Below, piece after piece: positions 12,926 to 26,248 of a DNA stretch of 64,000 nt. Every line of letters starts with the position of its first letter. Position 1 is the first letter of the stretch. Source of the stretch: Eledone cirrhosa (taxonomy: Eukaryota); the NCBI GenBank assembly GCA_964016885.1, contig OZ024743.1:127782001-127846000 (forward strand), given 5' to 3'. A program made the position numbers and the translations under genes. A model generated the notes under the pieces. It had not been told where the DNA came from. It was given only the letters and a program-made list of their open reading frames with translations, and made no database searches.

Positions 12926-13441
12926 ACTAGAAACTTCAAATAAAACATCTTTCCACGCTTGTTTCTTCTGTGGGAATCAGTGCTGCTCAGACTACGATTC
13001 TATATAAAATTAATGTGCGTGTCTTGCGTACCTACATAAACTGGATGTACATCTCAGCGTCTCTTTAATGGCTACTTAAATATATCAACAGATGCTGCCT
13101 CATAAAACATAAATCTTTCGTGTGATAAGAAAAAAAAAATGATAAAAGAGCGAAGTAACTGAATAAAACAAGGAGTATCTTCCATTGAAACTAATGTTGA
13201 TTTGTTGTTGAAAGATATTATCCTAACAACTCTCTCACTCCTAACATTATTAATGAATTGCACCTTCAAAATCTAAGCAAAATGTAAACCATTCATGTTT
13301 AGATGTTTGGTAAAGTAAATTGAAATGTTTTTTTCCTTCTTACGTTTCGTGCGACAAAAAAGGATCGATAAAATAAGTACTACACTTGAACAAAATTCTG
13401 TAGACAGAAACTGAACCGAGACTCGTCGTATAAATATTTGT

Positions 13442-13602
<161 letters not shown>

Positions 13603-15251
13603 CCTATTTGTCCGTGTCTCTGTTTACGTTTGCTGTTTGTTTATGTCTTGTAACGTAAGGGATCGACAAATACGTTCGATAAAATAAGTATTAGATTTGA
13701 AAAGAAAAAAAGTACTAGGGTAGATATGATCAACTGAACCCCTTCAAGGTAGTAAGGTAGTCTCTGCAAAATATTTCTTCAAATATCCTTCGGCTAACTG
13801 ATTACGTGCAAAATAAAATGAAATTTGTTTTAACAAAAATAAGTAAAAGTAGCCATTTAGTATTTTGTTAATGAAATATTCCTTTTCTAGAGAACAATGT
13901 AGTTAAGTTTATATGAAATATTGTGAAACATATGGTTAGGATTACTTTGAGAAAGCCATTACAGTACAAATTAGAACTACAAGAGTGAAAACTAGAGTAA
14001 AGTAAAGTAGGAAAAACAAAAGAAAACAAGAGTTTACGTTTGTACCTTTCATGATATTTTGAGTTTAAGATACTCTTTTTCAAAATCAAAGAAGAGGAGG
14101 CTGATAACGTGCAACCGTACATTTGATCAAAATCATTATGTCTTGCCTATGAAAATTATTTATGATATTCTCTAGCAACAAGAAAAACAAAGCAAACAAA
14201 CTAGATTTTAATTTTTGACAAATTCATGAAATATCCATCACCAATATGATACAAACATGTCAGAAATATTCCGTCGATACAATTATGAAACACAGGCATG
14301 GCTGCATGGTTAAGGATTTCGCTTCTCACATATCTCTTGGTTTAGTTTTATTTTCACAGCGTGTAGGATTACAGGATACACCCTAGCCACCTGTTTATTT
14401 ATTTATTTATTTATTTATAAATAAGAGGGTAGGAAATGATTTGAAGGAGATTCTTACTATTTCTTGCGGGTTGATTGACCGTGTAGAAACTCCTCTGTTA
14501 GTCATTAATCTTGGTCAACTGACAGATAGTGTTAGCAAAAATGTCTGTTTTGTTAGTTAAGAAATGAAATACTGTTCATTATCAATCCTTAGACGACAGC
14601 TAATTAGAACAAACTCTGTGGAATGTTATTCTGTTAGGCGAGCAGCCAGAGATAAGAAGAAGTAAAACATGCCTCAGTTAATGATCATAGCTGAGCTTTG
14701 TATCTCTCAAGCGCTTATTAGAAGGCACGAGCGTACACATACATACATCCCTTTATAAATGTTTCAACACAAGCACACGCATATACATGCCTATGTAGGT
14801 GTGTGCACAAGCACATACACACACAAACACACCACAAACACACAGCACAGGCCCACACCGTACACACCACACACATACATATATACACGCACATACCATA
14901 CACCTATACATATACACATATACATATGTATGCATGAATGTATACTGTTAATGATTAATGCATTTTTTCATGGTATCATAACGTTGGCGGTGTTGCTAAT
15001 ATGCTTTTTGTTATCTTTAGCCCTCCTCTCATGTCAAATATTAAACTGATAAAAAGGAAGTAATTTTGGCGAGCTATAATGTGTAGAGAATCACTCAGTA
15101 TATTCATCAATTGTACTTCTGGCAATATAAGTCGTTTCAGCTTTCATAAACGAACTATATAATCTGCAAAACATAACCAACCAACAAGACACACATCAAC
15201 TCATTCTTATTCTTACATACACATTCTACAGATACACACATACATATATAT

Positions 15252-15448
<197 letters not shown>

Positions 15449-15623
15449 ATATATTTTAAGAAGTGCACAAGCAGCTGAGGTATACGATAAAGTTATACCT
15501 GCATAAATACAGAGTATTTAACCGAGATTACACAAACCTGTATAAATATATACACATATCTAATATGTAGGTCTGTAAATGTGCCAGAATATTCGAATTT
15601 TCTCATAAATTGAAAAAATAAAA

Positions 15624-15673
15624 ACACCTTTGATCGATTTTCGAACCTAATTGGACCCACACCAGAAAGCGTG
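15624..15673 (-). ncRNA. Degenerate tandem copy of the HHR at 15812-15860
   Basis: acacgcttt-CTGGTGT-gggtccaattaggttc-GAAA-atcgat-CA-aaggtgt. Confidence 0.45.
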
Positions 15674-15811
15674 TATATCATTCAATCAACTGCAAGGTAA
15701 CATGTATTTGGTGGGTATATATACCTATTCACTCTTAGTAATATTCTGAAATGGGCGTTCAAATTTGCATATAGTAAGGACTTGTGAGAGTAATTAATTG
15801 AAAAAATAGAA

Positions 15812-15860
15812 ACACATTTAATCGATTTTCGGATCTAATTGACCCCTCATCAGAAGGTGT
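15812..15860 (-). ncRNA. Type I hammerhead ribozyme, canonical core
   Basis: acacctt-CTGATGA-g-gggtc-aatta-gatcc-GAAA-atcgat-TA-aatgtgt. Confidence 0.75.
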
Positions 15861-16044
15861 ACAAATTTTCACATTAAGGTTTCTATGTGATCATTAATTC
15901 CAGACTCCAAATTTCTGACCTCTTCGATTGAACTTCTCTCAATCTACGTTACCAAATTTACTGCATTACATACCGTCTCAGTAATGCTCTGCGTATATAT
16001 ATATTAAACTATATTTAATGCTGGTCTATATTTTTGAATAAACA

Positions 16045-16246
16045 TTATGTCAACACCATAACATGCTAACCATCCAAACAGACACATACATACACACATA
16101 CATAACACCTTCTACTTTAGAAAATAAAAACCGGAACTAAATAAACCTTAACATACATTAATACTCTAACACCTTAACATGCTAACCACACTCCCCACAC
16201 ATACATAACTCCCTCCCCCATTTCTACTAACGGAATCATTTTCCTA

Positions 16247-16284
<38 letters not shown>

Positions 16285-17266
16285 TATATATTCTCTCCAT
16301 CTTAACATGCTAACCATACTCCCACACACACATACACACACACACAACTCCCTCCCCCATTTCTACTAATAGAATCATCTTCCTACACACACACACACAC
16401 ACACACAAGCACACAAATAAACATACATATCTCTACTTTCTTTATTTCAATAGAAAGTCTGAATTCTGACACCCCAACGTACCAGCCATATTCACTGAAC
16501 TGGAACAATTCTCCCCATCCTACTTTTCTTGACCATTAGCACAACATTCTCTAAAAGGCTACAAAATAAATTCCTAAATACGGGCGCGAAATTTAATGTA
16601 CTTGTTCACGTAACAGTCATAATTTCATTTATAACCAAATTACATTTCAGCAGATCAGTCACACTCAGAACAACTCTCTCCATCCCCTTTTCTTGACCAT
16701 TGTCTTTTGTTTGGCACAAAATTCTCTAAATGTTTATAAAAAAAATTCAAAAATACGGGCGCGAAATTTAATGTACTGGTTCACGTGACAGTCATAATTT
16801 CATGTATAACCAATCAAATTACATTTTTGAAAAAAAGCCTTCGTGAGCCACCTTTTTTTAAGTAAAAAGAAATTCAAACACAAATTAGCGCGAAAGCTGA
16901 TGTGCTTATTCACGTGACTGCATCAACCAGCCACACTTCACTCATATATGAATAAACAACCTGAAACCCCCTTTGTTTGAAGGCAAACATAATAAGAACT
17001 TTGTAACGCGAACTGGCGTGAAATTTACTATACTTATTCACCAACCAACCAAATTACTTCTGTAAAAACCTGGCATTTCGAGCCACTTTTTTCCATATAA
17101 AACAGAAGTAACATTCATAGACCAACCAGATGTGAGAAAAACCACAAACCCTCCATCTCAATTCTACTTTTGAAAAGTAGAAGAACTGCGAAACCGGTAA
17201 AGGAAACAAATAAATATATATTTTAAAAAAAAAAAGACTCCAGTTGCATTTTCGATTTCATCTTTT

Positions 17267-17270
<4 letters not shown>
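16045..17270 (+). mobile_element. 3' non-coding part (pLTR) of the Neptune-like PLE family seen at 47185-49260
   Basis: Shares accataacatgctaacc, cacgtgacagtc and ccctccatctcaatt...gaaaccggtaaag...gactccagttgcattttc; ends in (TA)n. Confidence 0.75.
17165..17203 (+). ncRNA. Type I HHR with U3:A8 core variant
   Basis: tactt-TTGAAAA-gtag-aagaa-ctgc-GAAA-ccgg-TA-aagg. Confidence 0.6.
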
Positions 17271-17329
<59 letters not shown>

Positions 17330-17381
17330 TAGATGGCCCGTCCGGCTGGCGCCCGGCTAACATTGGCGTGTTCTAGGGCAT

Positions 17382-17431
<50 letters not shown>

Positions 17432-17597
17432 CTGACATACCTAGCTTGGCTTGGATTAACAGACGATAAGCCGTCTGTGTAGTATAGTATTACTGTCGAA
17501 AATATATAGTACAGTACAGTATTACTCTTGAAAATATATAGTGTAGTATTACTGTTGCAAATATATAGTACAGTATTACTGTTGAAAATATGTGGTA

Positions 17598-18221
17598 CTA
17601 GTAGAATGGCCCGGCGTTGCTCGGGATTTGCTCTAGGGTTCTTATATATTTGATATATATTTATCCTTAGCCTCGTGAAATAAATACGTTTGTTTATAAT
17701 TTGTTATTGTGCATGCAAAAATATCTGTACACGAATATATAATTATATATATATATATATATATTAAAATAACAGATTAAAGTTTAAGCAAAGAATCGCT
17801 GCTTTCACGCTTAACGGGATCTTCTGAAACTAAAAATATCAATCTGTGAACGCAGAAGTAAATATTTCGCAAAACGTTACACACTATATATATATATATA
17901 TACACACACTATATATACATATATACACACACACACAGCGTCATAATGTCGTAATGCAGACAGGCAGACATACAGACAGATATTATAAGGGTGCAACGTT
18001 ATATCTATGTATCTATCTAAAAAGAAAGACTAAGAATTATAGAGAGAGAGATCGCTATATCGCCTAATACGGTCCCTAGAGCATTGAAATTTTTTCTCAA
18101 AACACTCACAGGACCATAAGTATTACATCTGTAAAGTTTGAAAACAATCGGTTGGGTGGTTCTCGAGTTTTAGGGAGCTGACAGACAGACAGACAGACAT
18201 TCTCTGTTTTAGATATATAGA
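17598..18221 (-). mobile_element. Non-autonomous Helitron
   Basis: 5' a|TCtatatatctaaaacagagaatgtctgtctg; 3' cccgagcaacgccggg hairpin + CTAG|t. Confidence 0.8.
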
Positions 18222-18285
18222 TAGTACAGTATTACTGTTGAAAATATATGGTATAGTATTACTGTTGAAAATACATAGTATAGTA

Positions 18286-18828
18286 CTAGCAGAATGGCCC
18301 GGCGTTGCTCGAGATTCTAAACATAGATTGGCATGTTTATCCCTCCTTTCTGAAACAGTACAGAGAAGTACGGAATACTTCGGCCTGGGGATGGTGTCTA
18401 CATTTTGAGCTTATAAAAGGAATTCGTCGTAGATTACCAGGGGTTTAACTTAATTGGGTGCCTGAGAGCAAAATGTTCAACCCACGAAAGCCAAGACGAT
18501 AGGGTTAAGTAAAAAGGCATTCGACAAACCGAACATGTATTTGTTGTGCTATGGTACAGTGAAAGCAATAGTTACAGAGCAGTAAGCATCTGGGACTGCA
18601 GTGGTGGAGAGTGGTGTGGTCTTACTCCTTTCAATGTTCCGTTGTATGTTCACCAATTGATGCAGAAGTCCTAATGAAAAGTGAAGTCGCCTTGGCTGAA
18701 TAGGCAAATAATTTTCCATTACAATTTTTCAAAAGCATGTAATTGCGTTCACTCTCTTTTTTGTTGTTGTTTTTGCTGCTGTTTATATTTTGTTTTTGTT
18801 CATGCAAAAATATTTGTACACGAATATA

Positions 18829-18888
<60 letters not shown>

Positions 18889-19205
18889 TACAGATAGGTA
18901 AATATACACGGGTGTGTATGATTGTGTATAGAAGATTATATTAATAAGAGGAATTCCAACTTTGTCTGATTTACTCGTTTTATTTACAATCCTTTAAAAT
19001 ATATATAATGGTATTATAATGAAATAGTATGATAGAATATTAAATTCTAAATGTTAATTGAACAAGTACTTTCATGCTTTCGCAATCTTCAGGTTCATGA
19101 TATGTGGTGACAGTCGAGTTTGCAATTTTCAACTGTGTATGTATGTATGTATGTATGTATGTATGTATGTATGTATGTATGTATGTATGTATGTATGTAT
19201 GTATG

Positions 19206-19266
<61 letters not shown>

Positions 19267-19570
19267 TATATATATACATATACACACACACACACACACA
19301 CAGAGAGAGATAGCGTCATAATGTCGTAATGCAGAGAGCCAGACATACAGACAGATATTATAAGGGAGCGACGTTCGGCGCCTAATGCGATTCCTAAGGC
19401 ATTGAAAATTTGAAATTTCTTTTGCTCAAAACACTCACCCGACCATAAGTATTGCATGTGTAAAGTTTGAAAAAAATCGGTTGGGTGGTTCTCGAGTTTT
19501 AGGGAGTCAGACAGACAGATAGATATAATACCATTATATATATTTTAAATATCTGTTTTAGATATATAGA
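18286..19570 (-). mobile_element. Non-autonomous Helitron, same family, longer internal region
   Basis: Same TC start and hairpin-CTAG end; 19313-19520 matches 17938-18200. Confidence 0.8.
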
Positions 19571-20331
19571 TTGGTGTTGAAAATATATAGTACAGTATTA
19601 CTGTTGAAAACATATAGTATAGTATAGTATTACTGTTGAAAATATATAGAATAGTACAGTATTACTGTTGAAAATATATAGTATAATTATTAGTATATAT
19701 ATATAAGTTGTTTTTCGTTCATTTCCAATAGCCGAAATGCGATTAATCTCCAGAGGGTAACTATTAACCAGTTAATTTTTTTGATTTTTTTAGTTAATTC
19801 TATTGACTGATTAATAGCTTATGTTAATTTTAAAAACTATTCTGTTGAGAACTTTTGTGATATTTTGCAATTTTGCAATAACCACACATACTGAATTCAT
19901 CCGCCAAGACTAGGGGTTGTCTCCCTTCTAACCCCCACGTGGGTTCAGATAACGGTCAGTTGCCTAGCTTTGCATAGAACTAAATGCCTGTTGAAAAAGT
20001 GACTTCCTTGTTCGATCATCATACCAAAAGCTTAACATTATTTGTTTAAGCAGACAGTACCTGATTTAGGACTTGCAGAAACCCCATATTGGATTTTACC
20101 ACCGTTTCTGGGGTCCGGGTATAATTTTCAATCATATTTTATTATTTGTTTGAACCGAATAGCTTGGTCGTTTCTATGGCTTTGCGGATAATGATTTAAC
20201 CATCGTCTCAGTGTGTTTGGCCTTTTAACGTACGTCGTTGCTCTAGTTCATTTGTTTCTATGAAGCGCTTGCCACACATCTCGGAAGTTGTTTTTCGCTA
20301 ATTTCCAATAGCCGAAATTCGATTCTCGCTA

Positions 20332-20424
<93 letters not shown>

Positions 20425-20470
20425 TGTATGTATGTATGTATGTATGTATGTATGTATGTATGTATGTATG

Positions 20471-20532
<62 letters not shown>

Positions 20533-20535
<3 letters not shown>

Positions 20536-20711
20536 CGAAGGAAATGTGGTAAGGAGCAAGGTGGACCATAACGCACCAAAGTACTCAATACTTAGGGTAG
20601 TAGAGTGGGTAATAGGAACCAGTAAGACCCCGACGGCTGAGCTCAAGCCGTTACGACGGCTAATTTAGCCGTCGAGACGGCTTGAGCTCAGCCGTCGGGG
20701 TCTTACTGGTT

Positions 20712-20715
<4 letters not shown>
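20533..20715 (-). mobile_element. Family D fold-back element in (TA)n, containing the 3' half of an HHR
   Basis: ~80-bp unique tail plus palindrome 20612-20715 with GA(G)A-cggc-ttgagctca-gccg-TC. Confidence 0.8.
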
Positions 20716-20776
<61 letters not shown>

Positions 20777-20779
20777 GAG

Positions 20780-21443
20780 TGAGGGACATAAAATACTACA
20801 TAACTGTGATTTATGACTATGGGACATAAAATCTGAAGTAACTGTAAGATATGACTGTTGGATATAAAATCTTAAGTAAGTGTGAGATATGATTGTGGGG
20901 CATAAGATCTTAAATAACTGTGAGATATGACTATGGGACATTAGAACTTAAGTAACTGTAAGATGTGACTATGGGACATTAGATCTTAAGTAACTGTAAG
21001 ATATGATTATGGGACATTAGATCGTAAGTAACTGTAAGATATGATTATGGGACATAAGATCTTAAGTAACTGTAAGATATGATTATGGGACATAAGATCT
21101 TAAGTAACTGTAAGATGTCACTATGGGACATTAGATCTTAAGTAACTGTAAGATATGATTATGGGACATTAGATCTTAAGTAACTGTGAGATATGACTAT
21201 GGGACATTAGATCTGAAGTAACTGTGAGATATGACTATGGGGCATAAGATCTTAAGTAACTGTAAGATATGATTATGTGACATAAGATCTTAAGTAACTG
21301 TAAGATATGACTATGGGACATTAGATCTTAAGTAACTGTAAGATATAACTATGGGACATGAGATCTTAAGTAACTGTAAGATATGACTATGGGACATTAG
21401 ATCTGAAGTAACTGTAAGATATGACTATGGGACATTAGATCTT
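20780..21443. repeat. 38-bp tandem satellite, about 17 units (agtaactgtaagatatgactatgggacattagatctta)
   Basis: gggaca recurs every 38 nt (e.g. 21125, 21163). Confidence 0.95.
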
Positions 21444-21665
21444 ATTATATACAATTGGCCAGTCACAACGTTTTATTTGTCACCACATACATAGTACTGG
21501 CCAACAAAGGAGTTGAATAATTCTACAGGTCAGTCATCATCATCATCGTTGCCGCCGCCGTCGTCGTCGTAATCATCATTATCGTCGTCGTCGTAATCAT
21601 CATTATCGTCGTCGTCGTCATCGTCGTCGTCATCATCATAATCATCATCATCATCATCATGCTTG

Positions 21666-21715
<50 letters not shown>

Positions 21716-22364
21716 CAATAATAATAAATTTGAAGACTAAAATCCAAAGAGGGCTCGGTAAGGATAAATATATATCAAATATATAAGAGCCGTAGAGCAA
21801 ATGTTTATTAAAATAACAGATTAAAGTTTAAGCAAAGAATCGCTGCTTTCACCCTTAACGGGATCTTCTGAAACTAAAAAAGTCAATCTGTGAACGCAGA
21901 AGTGAATATTTCATAAAACGTTGCAACCGAAGGAAGACAGGAAGACGATACTTTGGTTCGTGGAAACGTTCCCTGACAATGAACGGGAAAAAACGAAGAT
22001 AATACTTCATTATGTGGTGCGCTGAAAACAATTACACGCAAAGACAAAACCACGTTTAAGGTATAACTGAAGTCGTAGACAAATATTCTATTTAGGAAAC
22101 CGAATGAATCTCGGCTTCACAGTTAAGAATAAAGTAAATAAAATACAGAGGCAATTGAAATTAAATATATACATACACGCATCCAAATACGTACATATAC
22201 AAGCATACGCAAAAACACACCCCATGGGTATGCCAATACAAGCACGTACACAAAAAAAAACAAAAAAACCGCACGCACATACAGAACCCACGCAACGCCT
22301 GTACCCGCACACATACGAACGTATACACCAAATACACATAACATATATAAAAATATATATTTAT

Positions 22365-22493
22365 AATGTCCCTTAATCATATCTTACAGTTACTTAAGAT
22401 CTAATGTCCCATAATCATATCTTACAGTTACTTAAGATCTAATGTCCCATAATCATATCTTACAGTTACTTCAGATCTAATGTCCCATAGTCA
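22365..22493. repeat. Inverted outlier of the 38-bp satellite (~3.5 units)
   Basis: taatgtcccataatcatatcttacagttacttaagatc is the reverse complement of the 20780-21443 unit. Confidence 0.9.
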
Positions 22494-22502
22494 TATATAA
22501 AA

Positions 22503-22545
<43 letters not shown>

Positions 22546-23409
22546 CATAATTAAATAAACGTATATAAATCTACACACGTAAATACGTATAGGTTAGTAT
22601 ATATTACATGTATGTTTTGTGAAGGTACATATACTTTCTCCTACGTATATTTGCTTGTATATGTTATGGCGTATATATTATATATACTGGTACACGTGCA
22701 TCTGGTTATGTGTATACGGGAGTTTTTGCGTCTGTGTGAGTATGCGGGTTCGTACGTATGTAGGGTGTGTGTATATGTGTAGTTTGTGTTTTGGTTGACG
22801 TTCGTCCGGGAACATATGTGTATTTACATGTATGTATGTATGTGCGCGCGTTATATACGTATTTACGTGTGTATATTTATATACGTTTATTTAATTATGT
22901 ATACACGCACACACACACACATATATATATATATTTTTATATATATGTTATGTATATTTAGTGTATACGTTCGTATGTGTGCGGGTACATGCGTTGCGTG
23001 GGTTCTATATGTGCGTGCGGGTTTTTTTTTTGGGGGGGGGGGTTGTGCACGTGCTTGTATTTGCATACCCATGGCGTGTGTTTTCGCGTATGCTTGTATA
23101 TGTACGTATTTGGATGCGTGTATGTATATATTTAATTTCAATTACCTCTGTATTTTATTTACTTTATTCTTAACTGTGAAGCCGAGAATCATTCGGTTTC
23201 CTAAATAGAATTTTAGTCTACGACTTCAGTTATACCTTAAACGTGGTTTTGTCTTTGCGTGTAATTGTTTTCAATGCACCTAATAATGACGTATTATCTT
23301 CGTTTTTTTCCGGGAACGTTTCCACGAACCAAAGTATCGTCTTCCTGTCTTCCTTCAGTTGCAACGTTTTTTGAAATATTTACTTCTGCGTTCACAGATT
23401 GACTTTGTT

Positions 23410-23460
23410 AGTTTCAGAAGATCTCGTTAAGGGTGAAAGCAGCGGTTCTTTGCTTAAACT
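23410..23460 (+). ncRNA. HHR-like motif with CAGAAGA core
   Basis: agttt-CAGAAGA-tctc-gttaa-gggt-GAAA-gca-gcggttctt-tgc-TT-aaact. Confidence 0.45.
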
Positions 23461-23468
23461 TTAATCTG

Positions 23469-23507
<39 letters not shown>

Positions 23508-24151
23508 TATATAAGTATGTATACGTACATACATATATGTATACAGACGTACAGTAGTATGTATATATATATACATACATGCACACATATATATATATAC
23601 GTATGGATTTACCGATCATTTATTATAATGTTCGGTTTGTTTGTAAACAAACATCTCGAATTAAGCCGTACAGTGTTTAGCAACTATCGTTGCCCTTTTG
23701 TTCAACACTGACACAGGAACGATGTACTACTTTCAAGCTTATTAGCTATCGTCAGCACCGTATACCTTCTTGTCAGATGATTGAACGGCTGAAAGTATAT
23801 ACTTTCCTTATGCATATTAACGGCTGAGCCGCCTAATTTGCATATCGAGTGAGTTAATCGGCCGGACGCACCGAAAACAATAAATGGAAAAAATGAAACG
23901 AAATTTCATTTCTCCATCTTACTCACGGTGCTGACAATAGCTAATAAGCTATAAGGATTTACCGAATATTATAATAAATGTTCGGTAAATCCATACGTAC
24001 ATATATATATATATATATATATGTGCATGTATGTATATATATATACATACTACTGTACGTCTGTATACATATATGTATGTACGTATACATACTTATATTT
24101 AAGTAACAGCCGTACTAAGAGTGAGAAATGAAATTTCGTTTCAATTTTTCC

Positions 24152-24156
<5 letters not shown>
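23508..24156 (+). mobile_element. Family G fold-back element (arms about 23508-23633 / 23962-24097)
   Basis: Inverted arms and an internal HHR; the tail cagccgtactaagagtgagaaatgaaatttcg also occurs at 35268 and 52935. Confidence 0.7.
23719..23761 (-). ncRNA. Type I HHR (family G)
   Basis: acggtg-CTGACGA-t-agct-aata-agct-t-GAAA-gtag-TA-catcgt. Confidence 0.7.
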
Positions 24157-24182
<26 letters not shown>

Positions 24183-24185
<3 letters not shown>

Positions 24186-24375
24186 CGAAGGAAATGTGGT
24201 AAGGAACCAGGTGGACCATAACGCACCAAAGTACTCAATACTTAGGGTAGTAGAGTGGGTAATAGGAACGAGTAGGACCCCGACGGCTGAGCTCAAGCCG
24301 TTTCGACGGCTAATTCAGGACTCCAGAATTAGCCGTCGAAACGGCTTGAGCTCAGCCGTCGGGCTTCTACTCGTT

Positions 24376-24380
<5 letters not shown>
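24183..24380 (-). mobile_element. Family D fold-back element
   Basis: Same tail as 20533; palindrome 24262-24380 with GAAA-cggc-ttgagctca-gccg-TC. Confidence 0.8.
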
Positions 24381-24418
<38 letters not shown>

Positions 24419-25326
24419 GAGAGAGCGGGAGGGAGAGAAATAGATAGTGAGAGGAGGAAGATAGATAGATAGGTAGGTAGGTAGGTATCATCATCATCAT
24501 CATCATCATCATCATCGTCGTGTCTGAAACAGGAGATGCTTCAGCTAGAAATGTCTTTACTACTAGGTCTGCTGGATAAAGACTGGCTAGATCATAAACA
24601 GAAATATAAACAAACTCACATTGGCATATTTTTAATAATTCATTTTTTAAAAACCTCCTCATCAAGGATAAAATTCAATTATTCATGGAATCGCTTGAAG
24701 ATGGGAGTTTTTCGTGGTTATTATTGTGTTTGTCACGTTACCTAGGTTTCTTTACACGTTTGCACTGTTCCGTTTCATCGTCTTTTGTCCCATTTTCCAT
24801 CCGTTTCATCGTCTTTTGTCCCATTTTCCATCCGTTTATTTGATTTAACATATATTCCAACGCTACACAATACCCTCTCATCCCTCTGACTTTTGGCGTT
24901 ACACATACACGCACGTATGCACGTACACACAGATACACATACACACATACACACACACACACACATATATATATATTTACATACAAATATATATAAATAT
25001 AAATATAATCCTTTTTTCTGAGAGATCTCTTGATAAGCCGTATCAACCTTACAGCGATGATGCATTTTCATAGTGCAGAAAACGTTGCACACGAATCGGC
25101 GAAACTGCAGTCGGGCTTTTAAGATAAAATAAGTATATGTTTGTCTATTTTTTCCTCATACTTTGTAATTTGTTAAATAGCTCTGATTATTGAATTATAT
25201 TAATGTTTTGATTATTTTAACTCTTTCGGTCATCAAGCAAAACTTGTTAAGGCGGACACCACATACACATATATACATATGAATATGTGTGTGTATTTCA
25301 ATATTATATTGTCAGTATTATATTGT

Positions 25327-25713
25327 CGGTGGATTGGCAGTATCGGTAGAGGGTCGGACGCCATGCTTTGCAGCAAAGAGTTACGGCCCTTTATGGTCTG
25401 CATTCAAATCCCGCCGAGGTTAACTTTGCCTTTCATCCTTACGGGGTCGATAAAATAAAGTACCAGTAATACACTGGTATAATTGCTGGCCTTATGCTAA
25501 AAATAGAAACAATTAAAAAGGGGCGGTGGATTGGCAGTATCGGTAGAGGGTCAGACGCCATGCTTTGACGAGTAGAGTTACGGCCCTTGCCATTTTGAGT
25601 TCAAATCCCGCCGAGGTTAACTTTGCCTTTCATCCTTACGGTGTCGATAAAATAAAGTACCAGTAATGCACTGGGTAATTGCTGGCCTTGTGCCAATAAT
25701 AGAAACAATTATT
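25327..25713 (+). mobile_element. Two tandem tRNA-derived SINEs
   Basis: Full head-body-tail copies of the dominant family. Confidence 0.85.
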
Positions 25714-26248
25714 ATATTGTCCCAAAGTCTCCTATGGTCGAGTTAACCTAGGAGTGTGCTAACTGCTTTTTGTAACAAATACGTTATTTGCTCACTGTCC
25801 ACCTTACTGCCCTTCTGTGACCAATGTATTACTGGTAATTCCTCCCTCCGCCTCTCGAGATTTTCTCACTTACTACGAACACATCAAGAAAGAGTTCTTT
25901 TTTCTAAGGGGTCTCTTGATAAGCCGTATCAACCTGACAGCGATGATACATTTTTATAGTGCAGAAGACGTTGCACACGGATCGGCGAAACTGTAGCCGG
26001 GACTGAAAGAAAAGTAGGTATATTTTTGTTTATTATTTCCTCATGCTTTGTAATTTGATATATGTGTGTGTGTGTGTGTGTGTGTGTACACACACACACA
26101 CACACACATATATATAGTTCAAATATTGGCAAATTCAACCTTCTGTTTCTCCCTTTCCTCTAACTCTCTCTCTCTTTCTCATTTTATCATCTTTTTCCAT
26201 CTCCTTTTCTCTATCTGTCTGTCTATCTATCTATCTATCTATCTATCT

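Larger units (their letters stand above)
17480..19690. repeat. ~22-27-bp minisatellite (tagtacagtattactgttgaaaatata), split by two Helitrons
   Basis: Units at 17480-17597, 18222-18285 and 19575-19690. Confidence 0.75.
21715..23473 (-). mobile_element. Family E PLE-type element as a long fold-back (arms about 21809-22591 / 22854-23473)
   Basis: About 620 bp of inverted similarity, HHR-like motifs at 21825-21875(-) and 23410-23460(+), flanked by (TA)n; other copies at 17762-17880 and 59357-59650. Confidence 0.75.

Noticed and set aside
20780-21443. CRISPR-like appearance of the 38-bp repeat
   Set aside because: Units are contiguous with no unique spacers, there are no cas genes, and the context is eukaryotic.
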